Of a stretch of DNA of 64,000 nucleotides, positions 30,539-40,723 are shown piece by piece. The notes beneath the pieces were generated by a model that worked only from the letters and a program-made list of their open reading frames with translations, had not been told where the DNA came from and searched no databases. Source of the stretch: Theionarchaea archaeon (GTDB taxonomy: Archaea; Methanobacteriota_B; Thermococci; Methanofastidiosales; SZ-28-30). A program made the position numbers and the translations under genes. Every line of letters starts with the position of its first letter. Position 1 is the first letter of the stretch. Location: contig JACVGT010000034.1 of the NCBI GenBank assembly GCA_018992685.1, positions 14,735 through 78,734 on the forward strand. Direction: 5' to 3'.

Positions 30539-31036
30539 GTGATGGAAATAAAGAAGAGGCATGATCTGAAATCTTCAAAAGTCAAGGATCTCAAGAATCA
30601 GGTGAAGGAGGAGCTTGGTGAAGAATTCTCACATCTTCTGGACGGCACTCGATTTGAGGTCTGCACCACCGACACTGACATCAGCCTCATTGTGGTTGAC
30701 GGGACTCCCGTACTCATGCGGAAAAAAGTGCTATTCCCAACCCTGAAAGCATTTGTGGATGTTGACTGCAGAACCATCAAACATCATGTCACCGTGGACA
30801 TGGGGGCAGTTCCCTATGTCACGAATGGTGCAGATGTCATGCGTCCGGGCATCATCGAAATCGATGAATCTCTAGAGGCGGGAGATTTCGTGATCATCAC
30901 TGAAGAGCGACACGGGAAGCCTCTGGCTGTAGGGGAGACACTGTACAGCAGCAGGGAAATCATTGACATGGACCAGGGAAAGATGATAAAGACCATCCAT
31001 TACGTGGGAGATAAAATGTGGAAGCTCACTCTATAG
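30539..31036 (+). CDS. PUA-domain RNA-binding protein (Tma20/MCT-1-like, COG2016)
   Basis: FPTLK, VDMGAVPYVTNGADVMRPGI, HYVGD. Confidence 0.92.
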   Translation: MMEIKKRHDLKSSKVKDLKNQVKEELGEEFSHLLDGTRFEVCTTDTDISLIVVDGTPVLMRKKVLFPTLKAFVDVDCRTIKHHVTVDMGAVPYVTNGADVMRPGIIEIDESLEAGDFVIITEERHGKPLAVGETLYSSREIIDMDQGKMIKTIHYVGDKMWKLTL

Positions 31037-31564
31037 CTATTCCGTCCTCATGGCCTCAACCATCCTGAATAACTCATCTATTTCAGGGGAGAAGTCCTTT
31101 CTGTTCCAATCGTTTTTCCAGAAGTGTTCAAGCCCCCGATACCCTGCTTTTTCATATCGAAGAGCCTGCATATACAGTTCCAATTTGTCGCATGCAGCCA
31201 CAATGTGGGCTTCTCGTGTTGAACGTCCAGCAAATTCCTTCCAGAGCTCAAGATATTCACCCGAGAGCATATCCCTGGCTGCGCGTTCCTCCGCTTTGTG
31301 TAGCACCGCCCTGCCCAGGTACTCTTGACTTTCATAGTGAATGTCTCCCAATTTAGATTCAGTGATGTCATGGATGAGTGCCATTTTGATCATTCTTTCA
31401 GTGTTCAGATGGAGTTGGTCTCCCAAGAGCATACTGAGAAGAGCCACTCCAAACGTGTGATCTGCAACACTTTCTGGCCTGTCTACTCCAGAAAGCTTCC
31501 ATCCTGTCCTGAAGACATCCTTCAGCTTTTCAGCTATCATCATAAACTGTATTACCTGGTTCAT
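31037..31564 (-). CDS. HD-domain hydrolase (YfbR/HD_3-like 5'-deoxynucleotidase)
   Basis: LK...RTGW, ESVADH, HD..E...GD, DKLE; GAGGAG RBS before ATG 31564. Confidence 0.9.
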   Translation of the reverse strand: MNQVIQFMMIAEKLKDVFRTGWKLSGVDRPESVADHTFGVALLSMLLGDQLHLNTERMIKMALIHDITESKLGDIHYESQEYLGRAVLHKAEERAARDMLSGEYLELWKEFAGRSTREAHIVAACDKLELYMQALRYEKAGYRGLEHFWKNDWNRKDFSPEIDELFRMVEAMRTE

Positions 31565-31855
31565 GCTCCTCTTGACACCAGAGCTCTTAAGTAGTTGTTG
31601 ACCTATGCACTCTTCCTTGGAGAGTTCCACGATTATCTGGCTCTGACTGTCTCCTCGTGTGGGCGTGGTGGGGCGTACCAACACAAAAAATCAAATGGGT
31701 TATTACTCACGTTGCCAGAGACACGAACTGCGAAGGATATCTAGTCCATCTTCACCATAATTTTTACCTTGAGTTGCCGACAAAACCGAAAAGTTTATAA
31801 AGGAGTATTCTGTTGTTACAGTGACAACAAAAAACCAAAATCAAAAGGTGATAAA

Positions 31856-32176
31856 ATGGACGAATTGACAGAAGAAAAAGCAGAAATCAGGATAGTGGCG
31901 GACAAGGGATCGCTTCAAGCTATAGAATATACTGTAGAATTGTTGCGAGAACTGATTCCCACACTTCCTGAGATCTCCAAGGAACAAGTAGAAGAGACAA
32001 TTGAGCTGATAAGTCAGGCCAAAGAGAAGATTCTCCCCGAGTTACCCACCTTCAAGGAGATGGTGGATACTCTGGGTGAACGGGAAGCAGAAGTGCGGAT
32101 CAGATTCAACAATCTTACAGTGGATGGCGAGACGCACGTGGTGGTCACTCCCTTCAAAAAGGTACACATCGCATGA
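31856..32176 (+). CDS. Hypothetical protein
   Basis: GGTGA RBS; promoter-like gaaaagtttataaa ~31788-31801; ATGA overlap with next gene. Confidence 0.65.
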   Translation: MDELTEEKAEIRIVADKGSLQAIEYTVELLRELIPTLPEISKEQVEETIELISQAKEKILPELPTFKEMVDTLGEREAEVRIRFNNLTVDGETHVVVTPFKKVHIA

Positions 32177-32565
32177 TTCCGGTAAGTTCGCTGCTCCGGA
32201 TGACTGACCTCATTCAGCAGGGGTCAGTGGAAATCCACATTGGCGAAAGCTCCATAGTGGTGGAACGTGATGTCATTACTGTTGATCTGTGTGGACTCAA
32301 GGATTCCTTGCTGATCAGCAGACAGGACATCCTTCCCCAGTTGAGACAGCTCTCAGAATTGTTCTCTCAGGAGGGCAAGACACTGGTGATAAAGTACGAG
32401 CATTCAAAAATGTTGAAATTGGGTGCGCATACAGACTCTGTGCTCCTGCGTCTGATCGGGCTGGACCGTGTTGCCATCAGAAACCCTGTGACTGTGTATC
32501 GATTCTTGAGAAGCCAGGGAAAGGGGGAGCTGCGCTACCCTCTCTTTCGTGAGGGATGCACATGA
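32173..32565 (+). CDS. Hypothetical protein
   Basis: ATGA overlaps at both ends. Confidence 0.65.
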   Translation: MIPVSSLLRMTDLIQQGSVEIHIGESSIVVERDVITVDLCGLKDSLLISRQDILPQLRQLSELFSQEGKTLVIKYEHSKMLKLGAHTDSVLLRLIGLDRVAIRNPVTVYRFLRSQGKGELRYPLFREGCT

Positions 32566-33086
32566 CAGAAGAAGAGGATCTGAGAAGAGAGGTCTTGCGG
32601 CTGAGAGAAGAGATCGACGAGCTAAAGTCGGACAAGAAGCATGAGGAAGAGGAGCGCATCATGAAGGCTCTGCAGTGGCTGAACCTGGGAGAGGCAAAAG
32701 CCAAAGCGTACATATACCTGGTGAGAAAGGGGAAAGCCACAGCAGACGATGTTGCAGAAGGCGCACAGCTCTACCCCACCACAGCCAGGGAAGTCCTGAA
32801 CAGTCTCACAGCCACAGGAATTGTCGAGAGGGAGAAGCTGGAAACAGACAGTGCAGGGAGAAAACCCTTTGTTTATACTCCCCTGCCCCCCTCAGAGCTT
32901 CTGAGGAAACAGGCTCACCATATTGAACAGACCCTCTCTGAGCTCTTACGACTGGAATTTGTTAAGAAAGAAGGGGAAATACAATTCAAGACACCCCTTC
33001 TTCCTATTAGAATTGAAATAAAGAGAGTACGGGGAGAAAAGGACAGGGAGTCTCAGGAACAGCAATCAAAAAAAGAAAGAGAATAG
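32562..33086 (+). CDS. TrmB-family wHTH transcriptional regulator with N-terminal coiled coil
   Basis: L..LNLGE.KAKAYIYL...G.ATADDVA...L...GIVER...GRKP.VY...PP. Confidence 0.82.
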   Translation: MTEEEDLRREVLRLREEIDELKSDKKHEEEERIMKALQWLNLGEAKAKAYIYLVRKGKATADDVAEGAQLYPTTAREVLNSLTATGIVEREKLETDSAGRKPFVYTPLPPSELLRKQAHHIEQTLSELLRLEFVKKEGEIQFKTPLLPIRIEIKRVRGEKDRESQEQQSKKERE

Positions 33087-33089
33087 AGA

Positions 33090-33266
33090 TCAATCTTTGC
33101 CTAGAAAGATTGCTAAACCACCCAAGATGATGAGGAGCAGACCGATTCCTCCCTTTATGAGGATTATGAGCTCCTTGTACCATCCGAGTCCTGGGGACGG
33201 GAGCAAGGTCCATGCACCGATAATGATAGCGATGATCCCTCCCAACAAGATGACATACTTGTTCAT
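33090..33266 (-). CDS. Small two-TM membrane protein (58 aa)
   Basis: Manual translation MNKYVILLGGIIAIIIGAWTLLPSPGLGWYKELIILIKGGIGLLLIILGGLAIFLGKD; GGTGA RBS; TATA ~33299-33305. Confidence 0.75.
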   Translation of the reverse strand: MNKYVILLGGIIAIIIGAWTLLPSPGLGWYKELIILIKGGIGLLLIILGGLAIFLGKD

Positions 33267-33550
33267 CTAGGTCACCATATGGAAGTATGACAGATACTCT
33301 TAAAAAGTTTTCGAATAAGAGAAAAGGAATTCTAAAAAGAAGGAAAATTCGTGCCACCAGTGCATCATTCTCAATTCAGTTTTGCCTTCTCATTCTTCTC
33401 GGGTTAATCAGAGGGAATGGATGTCCAGAATTTCGAGGAGATTGAGAGAGATCGGGGTTCGGTGGGTGATCTGATGGCGTACCATGAAAGGAGAGGGTTC
33501 AACGAACCTGAGTGCAAACCTTTTTTATGATACCCATCATGGATGTAGTG

Positions 33551-34309
33551 ATGACTGCGGTCAAGCTGAGAATCCAAGACCTCATAGAGGGTACTTTTGA
33601 CGGTACAAGTGTTCACACCCCTTTTGGTGAGGTTTCAGAAGCCAGAGTTCTGGGCACTCTTATTGACATTTTCACAACGGATGATGACAATTATATATCA
33701 TTGACACTCGATGATGGGACAGAGACGATTCGGATAAAAGCATGGCGACAGGATGTCAAGAAGCTGAAACAGTTTTCACGGGGGGACTTCATTGAGGTGG
33801 TGGGCAAGATCAGAGAGTACAATGAGGAGATCTACCTGACGCCAGAGGTTGTCTCAATTGTTTCTCCCAACCGATGGATTTTGCGGGAGCTTGAATTGAT
33901 GAAGATATATCTTGAAGCTGGCGGACCCTTGAAGAGAATGGAACCCAGGACGCAGAATGCACCACCAGGACAGCCAGCAATCTCAGAGGCAGAAGAGGAG
34001 CGTGACATATCCGGGGAATCTGTATCTCACCCCGGCGCAGTGCAGCCTGAAAAAAAGCTGCCGCCTTCGTTGCCCCCATCTGAAACGTCTGCGCCCGAAG
34101 TGGAGATTGGCCAGATTGAGGAATTCGAAATACTGGGAGAAGACGAGGTGGTGGAGACGGTGCTTGGTCTTCTGGAAGAGGCCATGACCAAAGAGGACCT
34201 CATAGAGCAATCTGGACTTGATGAAATAGACATTGAACTGTCACTGAGAGAGCTTCTGGATGAAAAGAAGATACAGAAAGAGGGAGATAAATATCGCAGG
34301 GTGAAATGA
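33551..34309 (+). CDS. RPA32-like OB-fold ssDNA-binding protein with C-terminal wHTH
   Basis: ARVLGT, LDDGTETI, EVVGKIREY; acidic linker then short wHTH. Confidence 0.8.
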   Translation: MTAVKLRIQDLIEGTFDGTSVHTPFGEVSEARVLGTLIDIFTTDDDNYISLTLDDGTETIRIKAWRQDVKKLKQFSRGDFIEVVGKIREYNEEIYLTPEVVSIVSPNRWILRELELMKIYLEAGGPLKRMEPRTQNAPPGQPAISEAEEERDISGESVSHPGAVQPEKKLPPSLPPSETSAPEVEIGQIEEFEILGEDEVVETVLGLLEEAMTKEDLIEQSGLDEIDIELSLRELLDEKKIQKEGDKYRRVK

Positions 34310-34354
34310 ATACGCTCCCCAGAAAAGATCAAAGGAGATTGGAAATCGCGAATG

Positions 34355-34843
34355 TCATGAGGTTTTTCGTGCAAAGTATATGATCAGGTAAATCCCCAGC
34401 GCCACAAGAACCAGGGCAAAGACATCTACGTCTTCCACAATGTGCTGTGACACCCCATAGATGATTGCCACGATTCCCAGGCCAACAGTAGCCTTGCTGA
34501 TGGGGATGCCTATTCTCGAACGAGCAAAGTTCAAGGACAGCCATATGATTCCCACACCAATGGGAATAGCTCCCTCCAGGTTCGTGTGATATACATTTTG
34601 TATTGTCCACACAAGCCCGATAAGTATGAAAAATGCTGCCCATGCTATGCCTTCAAGATTTCTACCCTGAGAACGATCTACCTCAACTCTGCCCTCAGAA
34701 ACACTCAGGGGTCCAACTCGCACTTTTTCTTCTCCTTTTTTGCCTTTCACTTCGATCGGCCCAACTCTGACATATGAGCCTTCTTCGTCTTCCCTCACTT
34801 TGAGGAAAGGAAGATCAACATCAACTTTTTTCTTCTCTGCCAC
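34355..34843 (-). CDS. Hypothetical 4-TM membrane protein
   Basis: Soluble N-terminus with two VRVGP motifs followed by four hydrophobic helices. Confidence 0.7.
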   Translation of the reverse strand: MAEKKKVDVDLPFLKVREDEEGSYVRVGPIEVKGKKGEEKVRVGPLSVSEGRVEVDRSQGRNLEGIAWAAFFILIGLVWTIQNVYHTNLEGAIPIGVGIIWLSLNFARSRIGIPISKATVGLGIVAIIYGVSQHIVEDVDVFALVLVALGIYLIIYFARKTS

Positions 34844-35043
34844 ATTCTCACCTGGCAGAACATGGATTCAACATATAAAAGCCTTTTCACTTTCCACTTC
34901 TCCTCTCGTGGCACCCCATGGGTGACTCCACATACTCATGGAATGAACTGTTGACTTTCTGGAAGGGGAACTGCAGAATGATACTCTTTGAAATGACAAT
35001 TCACACTGAAAAACTTTTTAAACCCCGGTGGAGTCTTCCACAC

Positions 35044-35142
35044 ATGGAGAACTATCTCGTCCTCCTGGCGCTCTATATTGTAGCTGCTTTTGCTCTCTTT
35101 CTCTTTGTAGTATGGGATGAGTATGGTGGGTCCTATGAATGA
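35044..35142 (+). CDS. Small single-TM protein upstream of symporter
   Basis: MENYLVLLALYIVAAFALFLFVVWDEYGGSYE; follows promoter-like gaaaaactttttaaa; overlaps symporter start. Confidence 0.55.
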   Translation: MENYLVLLALYIVAAFALFLFVVWDEYGGSYE

Positions 35143-36499
35143 ATTCACCATCATGCTGGGAGTGTACTTGCTGTTCATGGTCTTCCTCGGGGCGATGGCA
35201 TCCAGAACCCTAAAGAACGTGGATGATTTTCTGGTTGCGGGGAGGAATTTGAATCTTCCTCTTACTGCAGGCTCTCTCATGGCCACCTGGACGGGCGCTG
35301 CAGCCGTTACAGGGTATACTGCCTGGATTTATGAGGCTGGATACTCCATGATGTGGATAGCAGTCTTTACCACTACCTCGCTTTTGCTGATTGCTCTGGT
35401 ATTGTCAAGGAGACTGCAGAAGCTGGGCTATCTCACGGTGTGTGATATCCTGCGAGATCATTATGATAAGAGAACAAAGACCGTTGGGGCAGTCCTCATT
35501 TCAGTGTACTGTATCGGTGTAGTTTCAGGAGAATTTCTGGGTGGGGCATATATCTTGAGTGCAGGACTGGGATATGATTTTTCTGTTGCTCTCCTTCTAA
35601 CGGCAGGCATCGTTCTGAGCTACTGCCTCCTTGGAGGGTTATGGGCTGTCGCGCTAACTGACCTGGTGCAGTTTTGCCTCTTGGCTGCAGGGTTGGCCAT
35701 AGCTGTTCCATCAGTGCTGAGAATGGCTGGAGGATGGACCGTTCTCCATCATACGGTGGCTGAGATTGATCCCGGTCACCTTGATATCTTTGCATATGCC
35801 TCCTCTGATGTAATCATTGCCTGGGCTGTCATTATTTTCGCCTCTAACCTCATCGCTCCAGATATCTACCAGAGAATGTATGCAGCCAGATCTGGCAGGA
35901 TAGCGCGGATGGCCACAGGCATAACGGGATTGTGGGATGTTTTCCTGACGGTGGCTGCTATAATTCTGGGGTTGTCAGCGTTTCTCCGATTTCAAGGGGA
36001 GCCATTGGGTGATATGGTCCTTCCCCGACTGATCATGGATGTCTTCCCTCGCGGGTTTACCTGGTTTTTCATGGTGGTGCTGGTTGCTGTCATAATGTCT
36101 ACAGCAGACTCTCTCCTGGTGGTAGCAGGGGGGACCCTCTATCATGATGTATTAGGGAAGGAAGAATCTTCCTCTGTGGCCTCAATCAGGGTGTTGACGC
36201 TGGGATCAGGAGTCGTCTCGTTGGGGCTGTGCTTTTACTTTGAGTCTATCATGGACTCCATTCTGTTTTCTTCTTCTGTATATGCTGCAGGATTATTCAT
36301 CCCCGTTATCAGTGCTCTTGTATGGAAAAAGGGAACAAAAGACGCAGCATTCTATGGATGTGTGTGTGGTGGAGGAGTAACCATTGCCTGGAGGATACTC
36401 AATCTGTGGCCAGACCCCGTCATCCCCGGTATTGCCGTGTGCCTTTTGGTATTTGTGATACTCTCCTACTTAAGGCCATATCCAGTATACAGCATGTAA
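35135..36499 (+). CDS. Sodium:solute symporter (SSF)
   Basis: DFLVAGR, GGLWAVALTD..Q, YQR.YAA, MSTADS; about 13 TM. Confidence 0.92.
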   Translation: MNEFTIMLGVYLLFMVFLGAMASRTLKNVDDFLVAGRNLNLPLTAGSLMATWTGAAAVTGYTAWIYEAGYSMMWIAVFTTTSLLLIALVLSRRLQKLGYLTVCDILRDHYDKRTKTVGAVLISVYCIGVVSGEFLGGAYILSAGLGYDFSVALLLTAGIVLSYCLLGGLWAVALTDLVQFCLLAAGLAIAVPSVLRMAGGWTVLHHTVAEIDPGHLDIFAYASSDVIIAWAVIIFASNLIAPDIYQRMYAARSGRIARMATGITGLWDVFLTVAAIILGLSAFLRFQGEPLGDMVLPRLIMDVFPRGFTWFFMVVLVAVIMSTADSLLVVAGGTLYHDVLGKEESSSVASIRVLTLGSGVVSLGLCFYFESIMDSILFSSSVYAAGLFIPVISALVWKKGTKDAAFYGCVCGGGVTIAWRILNLWPDPVIPGIAVCLLVFVILSYLRPYPVYSM

Positions 36500-36534
36500 G
36501 AAAGAATATAAGGCCTCACGAGAAATCATAGGGA

Positions 36535-37149
36535 ATGGCCAATACAACGTTGAGAATATTCGGTATTTGTGGGAGTCCACGCATTGCATCTACTGATTCT
36601 GCAGTTCGGAAGGCGTTGGGGTATGCTGAGATGACACATTCAGCTGAAATCAGGTATTTTTCATGTCACAAGAAAGAACTCAATTTCTGCATCCACTGTG
36701 ACTACTGTGTGAAGAAGAGGGAGGGCTGCTGTTTCAAAGACGATATGGAGGAAGTTTATGCGTCACTGGAGTGGGCAGATGCTCTCATTGTGGGTACCCC
36801 TGTGTACCAGGGGACAGTCTCCGGCCAGATGAAGGTGTTGATGGATCGGTGCAGGGCACTGCTGGCCAGGAATCCTCATGTTCTTTCCCGAAAAGTGGGG
36901 GCTGCACTTGCAGTGGGCGGTGATCGCACGGGAGGGCAGGAAGTGGCTCTCCAGACCATTCTCGAGTTCTATGTTATTAATGAAATTCTTCCAGTAGGTG
37001 GAGGTTCCTTTGGGGCAAACCTGGGGAGTACCTTTTGGTCCAGGGACCTGGGTGCCGCTGGTGTTGAACAGGATGAGGAGGGTATAAGAACATTGCAGAA
37101 GACAGTGGATAGACTCGTACAGGTTGCTCGCGTCATCAGGAGAGTGTAA
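36535..37149 (+). CDS. Iron-sulfur flavoprotein (Isf, flavodoxin family)
   Basis: GSPR, CIHCDYC.....C, GTPVY, GGQE. Confidence 0.88.
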   Translation: MANTTLRIFGICGSPRIASTDSAVRKALGYAEMTHSAEIRYFSCHKKELNFCIHCDYCVKKREGCCFKDDMEEVYASLEWADALIVGTPVYQGTVSGQMKVLMDRCRALLARNPHVLSRKVGAALAVGGDRTGGQEVALQTILEFYVINEILPVGGGSFGANLGSTFWSRDLGAAGVEQDEEGIRTLQKTVDRLVQVARVIRRV

Positions 37150-37150
37150 C

Positions 37151-37699
37151 ATGGAAAAACTTGCATGGGGTATTACAGGGTCTGGAGATTACATGAGAGA
37201 GTCTCTGGACATGATGAAAGATATCCGCGAAACATGTGATGTACGAATTGATGTATTTCTCTCACGGGAAGGAGAACTTGTCCTGAACTACTATAAGTAC
37301 ATGCAGGAGGTCAGAAGGTCCTTTGAAAACGTTCACATGGAAAAAGGGCCCAATATTCCGTTTTTATCAGGAAAACTTCAGATGGGAAAATATCGACTCT
37401 TCATGATTTGCCCCGCCACTGCCAATACGGTGGCCAAGCTGGCTCACGGGATTGCAGATTCCCTAATCACGAATTCGGCTGCTCAGGCCATGAAAGTTTC
37501 TTGCCCCGTGTACATTTATCCAGTAGATCAGACCCTGGGAGACATAGTGACCACGTTGCCTGATGGCAGTGAGATGACCCTCCACGTGAGAGAGGTTGAT
37601 GTGAAGAATGTGGAAATCTTGGAGAAAATGGAGGGGATAACTGTGGTGAAACACGTGGAAGACATTGAAGAAATCATCAGGGCATGGTGCAGCAGGTAA
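37151..37699 (+). CDS. afpA: Archaeoflavoprotein AfpA-like
   Basis: AWGITGSG, PATANTVAK.A.GIADSL.TN, YIYP.D. Confidence 0.8.
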   Translation: MEKLAWGITGSGDYMRESLDMMKDIRETCDVRIDVFLSREGELVLNYYKYMQEVRRSFENVHMEKGPNIPFLSGKLQMGKYRLFMICPATANTVAKLAHGIADSLITNSAAQAMKVSCPVYIYPVDQTLGDIVTTLPDGSEMTLHVREVDVKNVEILEKMEGITVVKHVEDIEEIIRAWCSR

Positions 37700-37781
37700 C
37701 CCAGGAAGGATGGATGGCCTCCGTGAATGTGTACCTTTCCTTCCCATAAACTATAAATGCAGTCATTCCCAATGAAAATCA

Positions 37782-38771
37782 ATGAAAGAAGCTCGCTTCT
37801 ATGAACCCCTTCCAAGTGACGTCATTCAATGTCATCTGTGTCCTCACGAGTGTGTCATCAAACACGGGAAGCGAGGAATGTGCGGAATTCGCGAGAATCA
37901 AAAGGGAATTCTTTATTCAACCAGTTATGAGCAGGTAACTTCCCGGGGGGTAGACCCTGTGGAGAAGAAGCCCCTGTATCACTTCCACCCGGGCAGTGAG
38001 ACGTATTCTGTAGGTACACTGGGATGCAATTTATCATGTTCTTTCTGCCAGAACTGGGAGATTTCTCAGGAACGTGTTCCTACTTACAGGATGACCTCGC
38101 GACAGATTGTTGAAGCAGCGGAAACCCGGAGGTGTATCAGTATTGCCTATACCTATAATGAACCCTCAATCTGGTATGAATTTGTCTCTGATACAGCAGC
38201 TCTGGCCAGAGAGCACGGAATAAACAATATTCTGGTAACGAATGGATACCTTAATGAAGAACCCTTGAAGGAGCTGCTACCTTTCATTGATGCCCTAAAT
38301 ATTGATGTAAAAGCCTTCACTGATTCATTTTACAAAGAACTGTGCCACGGAAAGCTGGACCCTGTCCTTAAAACCGCAGAGATGGCCAGGCAGCATGCAT
38401 GGGTGGAAATTACTACCCTCATAATCCCTGGAAAAAATGACAGCGATGAGGAAATCAAGGCCCTGGTCAACTGGATAGCGTCTTCTCTGGGAGAAGACAC
38501 TCCTCTCCACTTCTCCCGGTACTATCCCAGTTATCACCTCAACATTCCTCCAACAGAGGTGAAAACGTTAGAGAGAGCCCGTTCACTTGCGCTTGAGAAG
38601 CTGCGCTACTGCTACATCGGCAACGTGTGGGGCCATGAGGGTGACAACACGTATTGTTACCGGTGCGGGAATACCCTCATTGCCAGACACGGGTTCTCTG
38701 CATCAATGGTGGGAATTACGGAAGATGCTCTCTGCAGCAACTGTGGAACCCAGATTGACATTATATTGTGA
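37782..38771 (+). CDS. amrS: AmmeMemoRadiSam system radical SAM enzyme
   Basis: C.LCP..C, DPVEKKPLYHF.PG, GCN..C.FCQNW.ISQ, YTYNEP, TYC..CG. Confidence 0.9.
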   Translation: MKEARFYEPLPSDVIQCHLCPHECVIKHGKRGMCGIRENQKGILYSTSYEQVTSRGVDPVEKKPLYHFHPGSETYSVGTLGCNLSCSFCQNWEISQERVPTYRMTSRQIVEAAETRRCISIAYTYNEPSIWYEFVSDTAALAREHGINNILVTNGYLNEEPLKELLPFIDALNIDVKAFTDSFYKELCHGKLDPVLKTAEMARQHAWVEITTLIIPGKNDSDEEIKALVNWIASSLGEDTPLHFSRYYPSYHLNIPPTEVKTLERARSLALEKLRYCYIGNVWGHEGDNTYCYRCGNTLIARHGFSASMVGITEDALCSNCGTQIDIIL

Positions 38772-38775
38772 TACC

Positions 38776-39414
38776 ATGGACCGAAAGACTGTTACAGCAA
38801 TGCTGAAGAAATACGGGTACATAACCTCCCCCGAGGTGGAGAAAGCCTTTCTGACAGTGCCACGGGAGTTGTTTGTCCTCCCTGGATACAGGGATCGTGC
38901 GTATGCTGACACCCCTTTGCCCATCTTATTCGGGCAAACGATATCAGCCCCCTCCATGATTGCCATCATGCTGGAAGTTTCTCAGCTGAGTCAGGGGCTT
39001 TCTGTTCTGGAAATTGGATGCGGCTCCGGGTACAATGTGGCATTGATTGCTGAAATCGTGGGGGAAGACAACGTCTTATCAATAGAACGAATTCCAGAGC
39101 TGGCTGACTGGGGAAAAGAAAATCTGAAATCTGCAGGATACCATGTTACAGTAATAACAGGTGACGGGACTCTGGGGTATCCTGAAAAGGCCCCTTATCA
39201 CAGGATCATCTCGACTGCTGCAGCCCCCAGGATTCCCTCACCCTGGGTGGACCAGCTTGAGCCGGGTGGCCTGATTGTGTGTCCTGTGGGTTCAAGGCAC
39301 TGGTACCAGGAACTGGAAGTGGCCCAGAAGACTGATAAGAACGATCTGGTTGTCACGCATCATGGTGGGTGCGCCTTTGTCCCTCTCATTGGAGAGGAAG
39401 GGTTCAGGCAGTGA
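38776..39414 (+). CDS. pcm: Protein-L-isoaspartate O-methyltransferase
   Basis: VPRE.F, AY.D.PLP, GQTISAP, VLEIG.GSGY, GDG..G, FVPLIG. Confidence 0.93.
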   Translation: MDRKTVTAMLKKYGYITSPEVEKAFLTVPRELFVLPGYRDRAYADTPLPILFGQTISAPSMIAIMLEVSQLSQGLSVLEIGCGSGYNVALIAEIVGEDNVLSIERIPELADWGKENLKSAGYHVTVITGDGTLGYPEKAPYHRIISTAAAPRIPSPWVDQLEPGGLIVCPVGSRHWYQELEVAQKTDKNDLVVTHHGGCAFVPLIGEEGFRQ

Positions 39415-40723
39415 TCCTCAATGAGTCCACAAGGGCATACCCTGTGTCTACATAGGTGGGATAGACAAAGGACCTGTGAAGCTCTCTTTCTGTGCTGACA
39501 AAGCTCACTCTTGGAAGTAAATCTTCAAATGCCAGTCCAGAGATCATGCATCCTTTAACAGGAGTCATTATCTCCCCTTTCTTGATGATAAACCCTGAAG
39601 TCACCCCGATGGAAAACAGGCCGGACTGTGACTTAGAGGCGTGAGAATTTGTCTCCTCAACTACCAGGATGCCATCCCGTATTTCGCTGATGAGCTCCTC
39701 AACTGGTGCCGCATCCCCGGTGACACACAAAGATGTGGTGCAGGGCTTGGGAGGGTCTCTGAGATTCCGGCCACGATACCGATTGTATCTGATGCCCCCT
39801 GCTGTTGTCTCCCCATAGTAGGTGTCATAAATAAAGGATTTTACAGACGCATCAGCGATGAGGTCCACTGGTCGGGAAGGTATTCCCTCATCATCAAACT
39901 GACGTCCCTGGGGGCCTTCCACCAGAGGGTTCTCCCTGACGGTGAGGTGTTCTGCTGCAACTGTCTGTCCTATCTTCAGGGAAGAACGTCCTTCTTCCAT
40001 GTTGTGTCCCAGAAAGGACGGAACCGCTGCACACACCAGAAGGTTGGCGAACACCCTGGGGGCAAGCAGTACTTTCTTCTCTCCCGATTCTGGTTTCACT
40101 TTTCCCAGCTGTCTCACTGCCTGCTGTTCAGCATGTTTTCCTATGTCACAGAAATCGAAATCATATCCCAATGAGTATCCGTGAGCATAACCCATTCCAG
40201 AATCACCATCTTCAGCTCTGCACATGACTCTGAGGGCAGCCAGTGAATCAATGCCTTTTTTCGAAATCCCTGATGTGTTGGCAATTTCCGTCTGAGAGTG
40301 TCCAAGCTGGCAATATACGTTGGAGGCAACAATCCGCGGATCCTCGATAGCCTCGCAGATAACCTTCATGTCCTGCATGACCTGATCGATGGATGCGTTG
40401 GCAACAGACTCTCTATACAGGTTCAGTGAGGGACCAGGTCTTTCAGGAGCAAACGATTTCCACTTCTCATTCTTCTCCCGTTTTCTGGCAAGGGCAACTG
40501 CTTCTTCCACAGCTTCTTTCCAAGACTGGGTGAAGTAAGAGAACCCCACCCTGTGGTCAACAACGACTCGTAGGGCGTACTCAGTGATTCTAGCCTGGAA
40601 TACCTGTCGTGGCTCACCCAATTCAAACTTGGCATAGGCGTAATCAGATTCTTCGCAGACAACTTCTGCTTCATCAGCCCCTTGCTTCTCTGCATAGCCC
40701 AGTATCCTATCGACCTCGCCCAC
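39404..40723 (-). CDS. TldE/PmbA family protein
   Basis: GADEAEV, FDDEGIP, G.FS; lacks HExxH. Confidence 0.88.
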   Translation of the reverse strand: MGEVDRILGYAEKQGADEAEVVCEESDYAYAKFELGEPRQVFQARITEYALRVVVDHRVGFSYFTQSWKEAVEEAVALARKREKNEKWKSFAPERPGPSLNLYRESVANASIDQVMQDMKVICEAIEDPRIVASNVYCQLGHSQTEIANTSGISKKGIDSLAALRVMCRAEDGDSGMGYAHGYSLGYDFDFCDIGKHAEQQAVRQLGKVKPESGEKKVLLAPRVFANLLVCAAVPSFLGHNMEEGRSSLKIGQTVAAEHLTVRENPLVEGPQGRQFDDEGIPSRPVDLIADASVKSFIYDTYYGETTAGGIRYNRYRGRNLRDPPKPCTTSLCVTGDAAPVEELISEIRDGILVVEETNSHASKSQSGLFSIGVTSGFIIKKGEIMTPVKGCMISGLAFEDLLPRVSFVSTERELHRSFVYPTYVDTGYALVDSLRITA

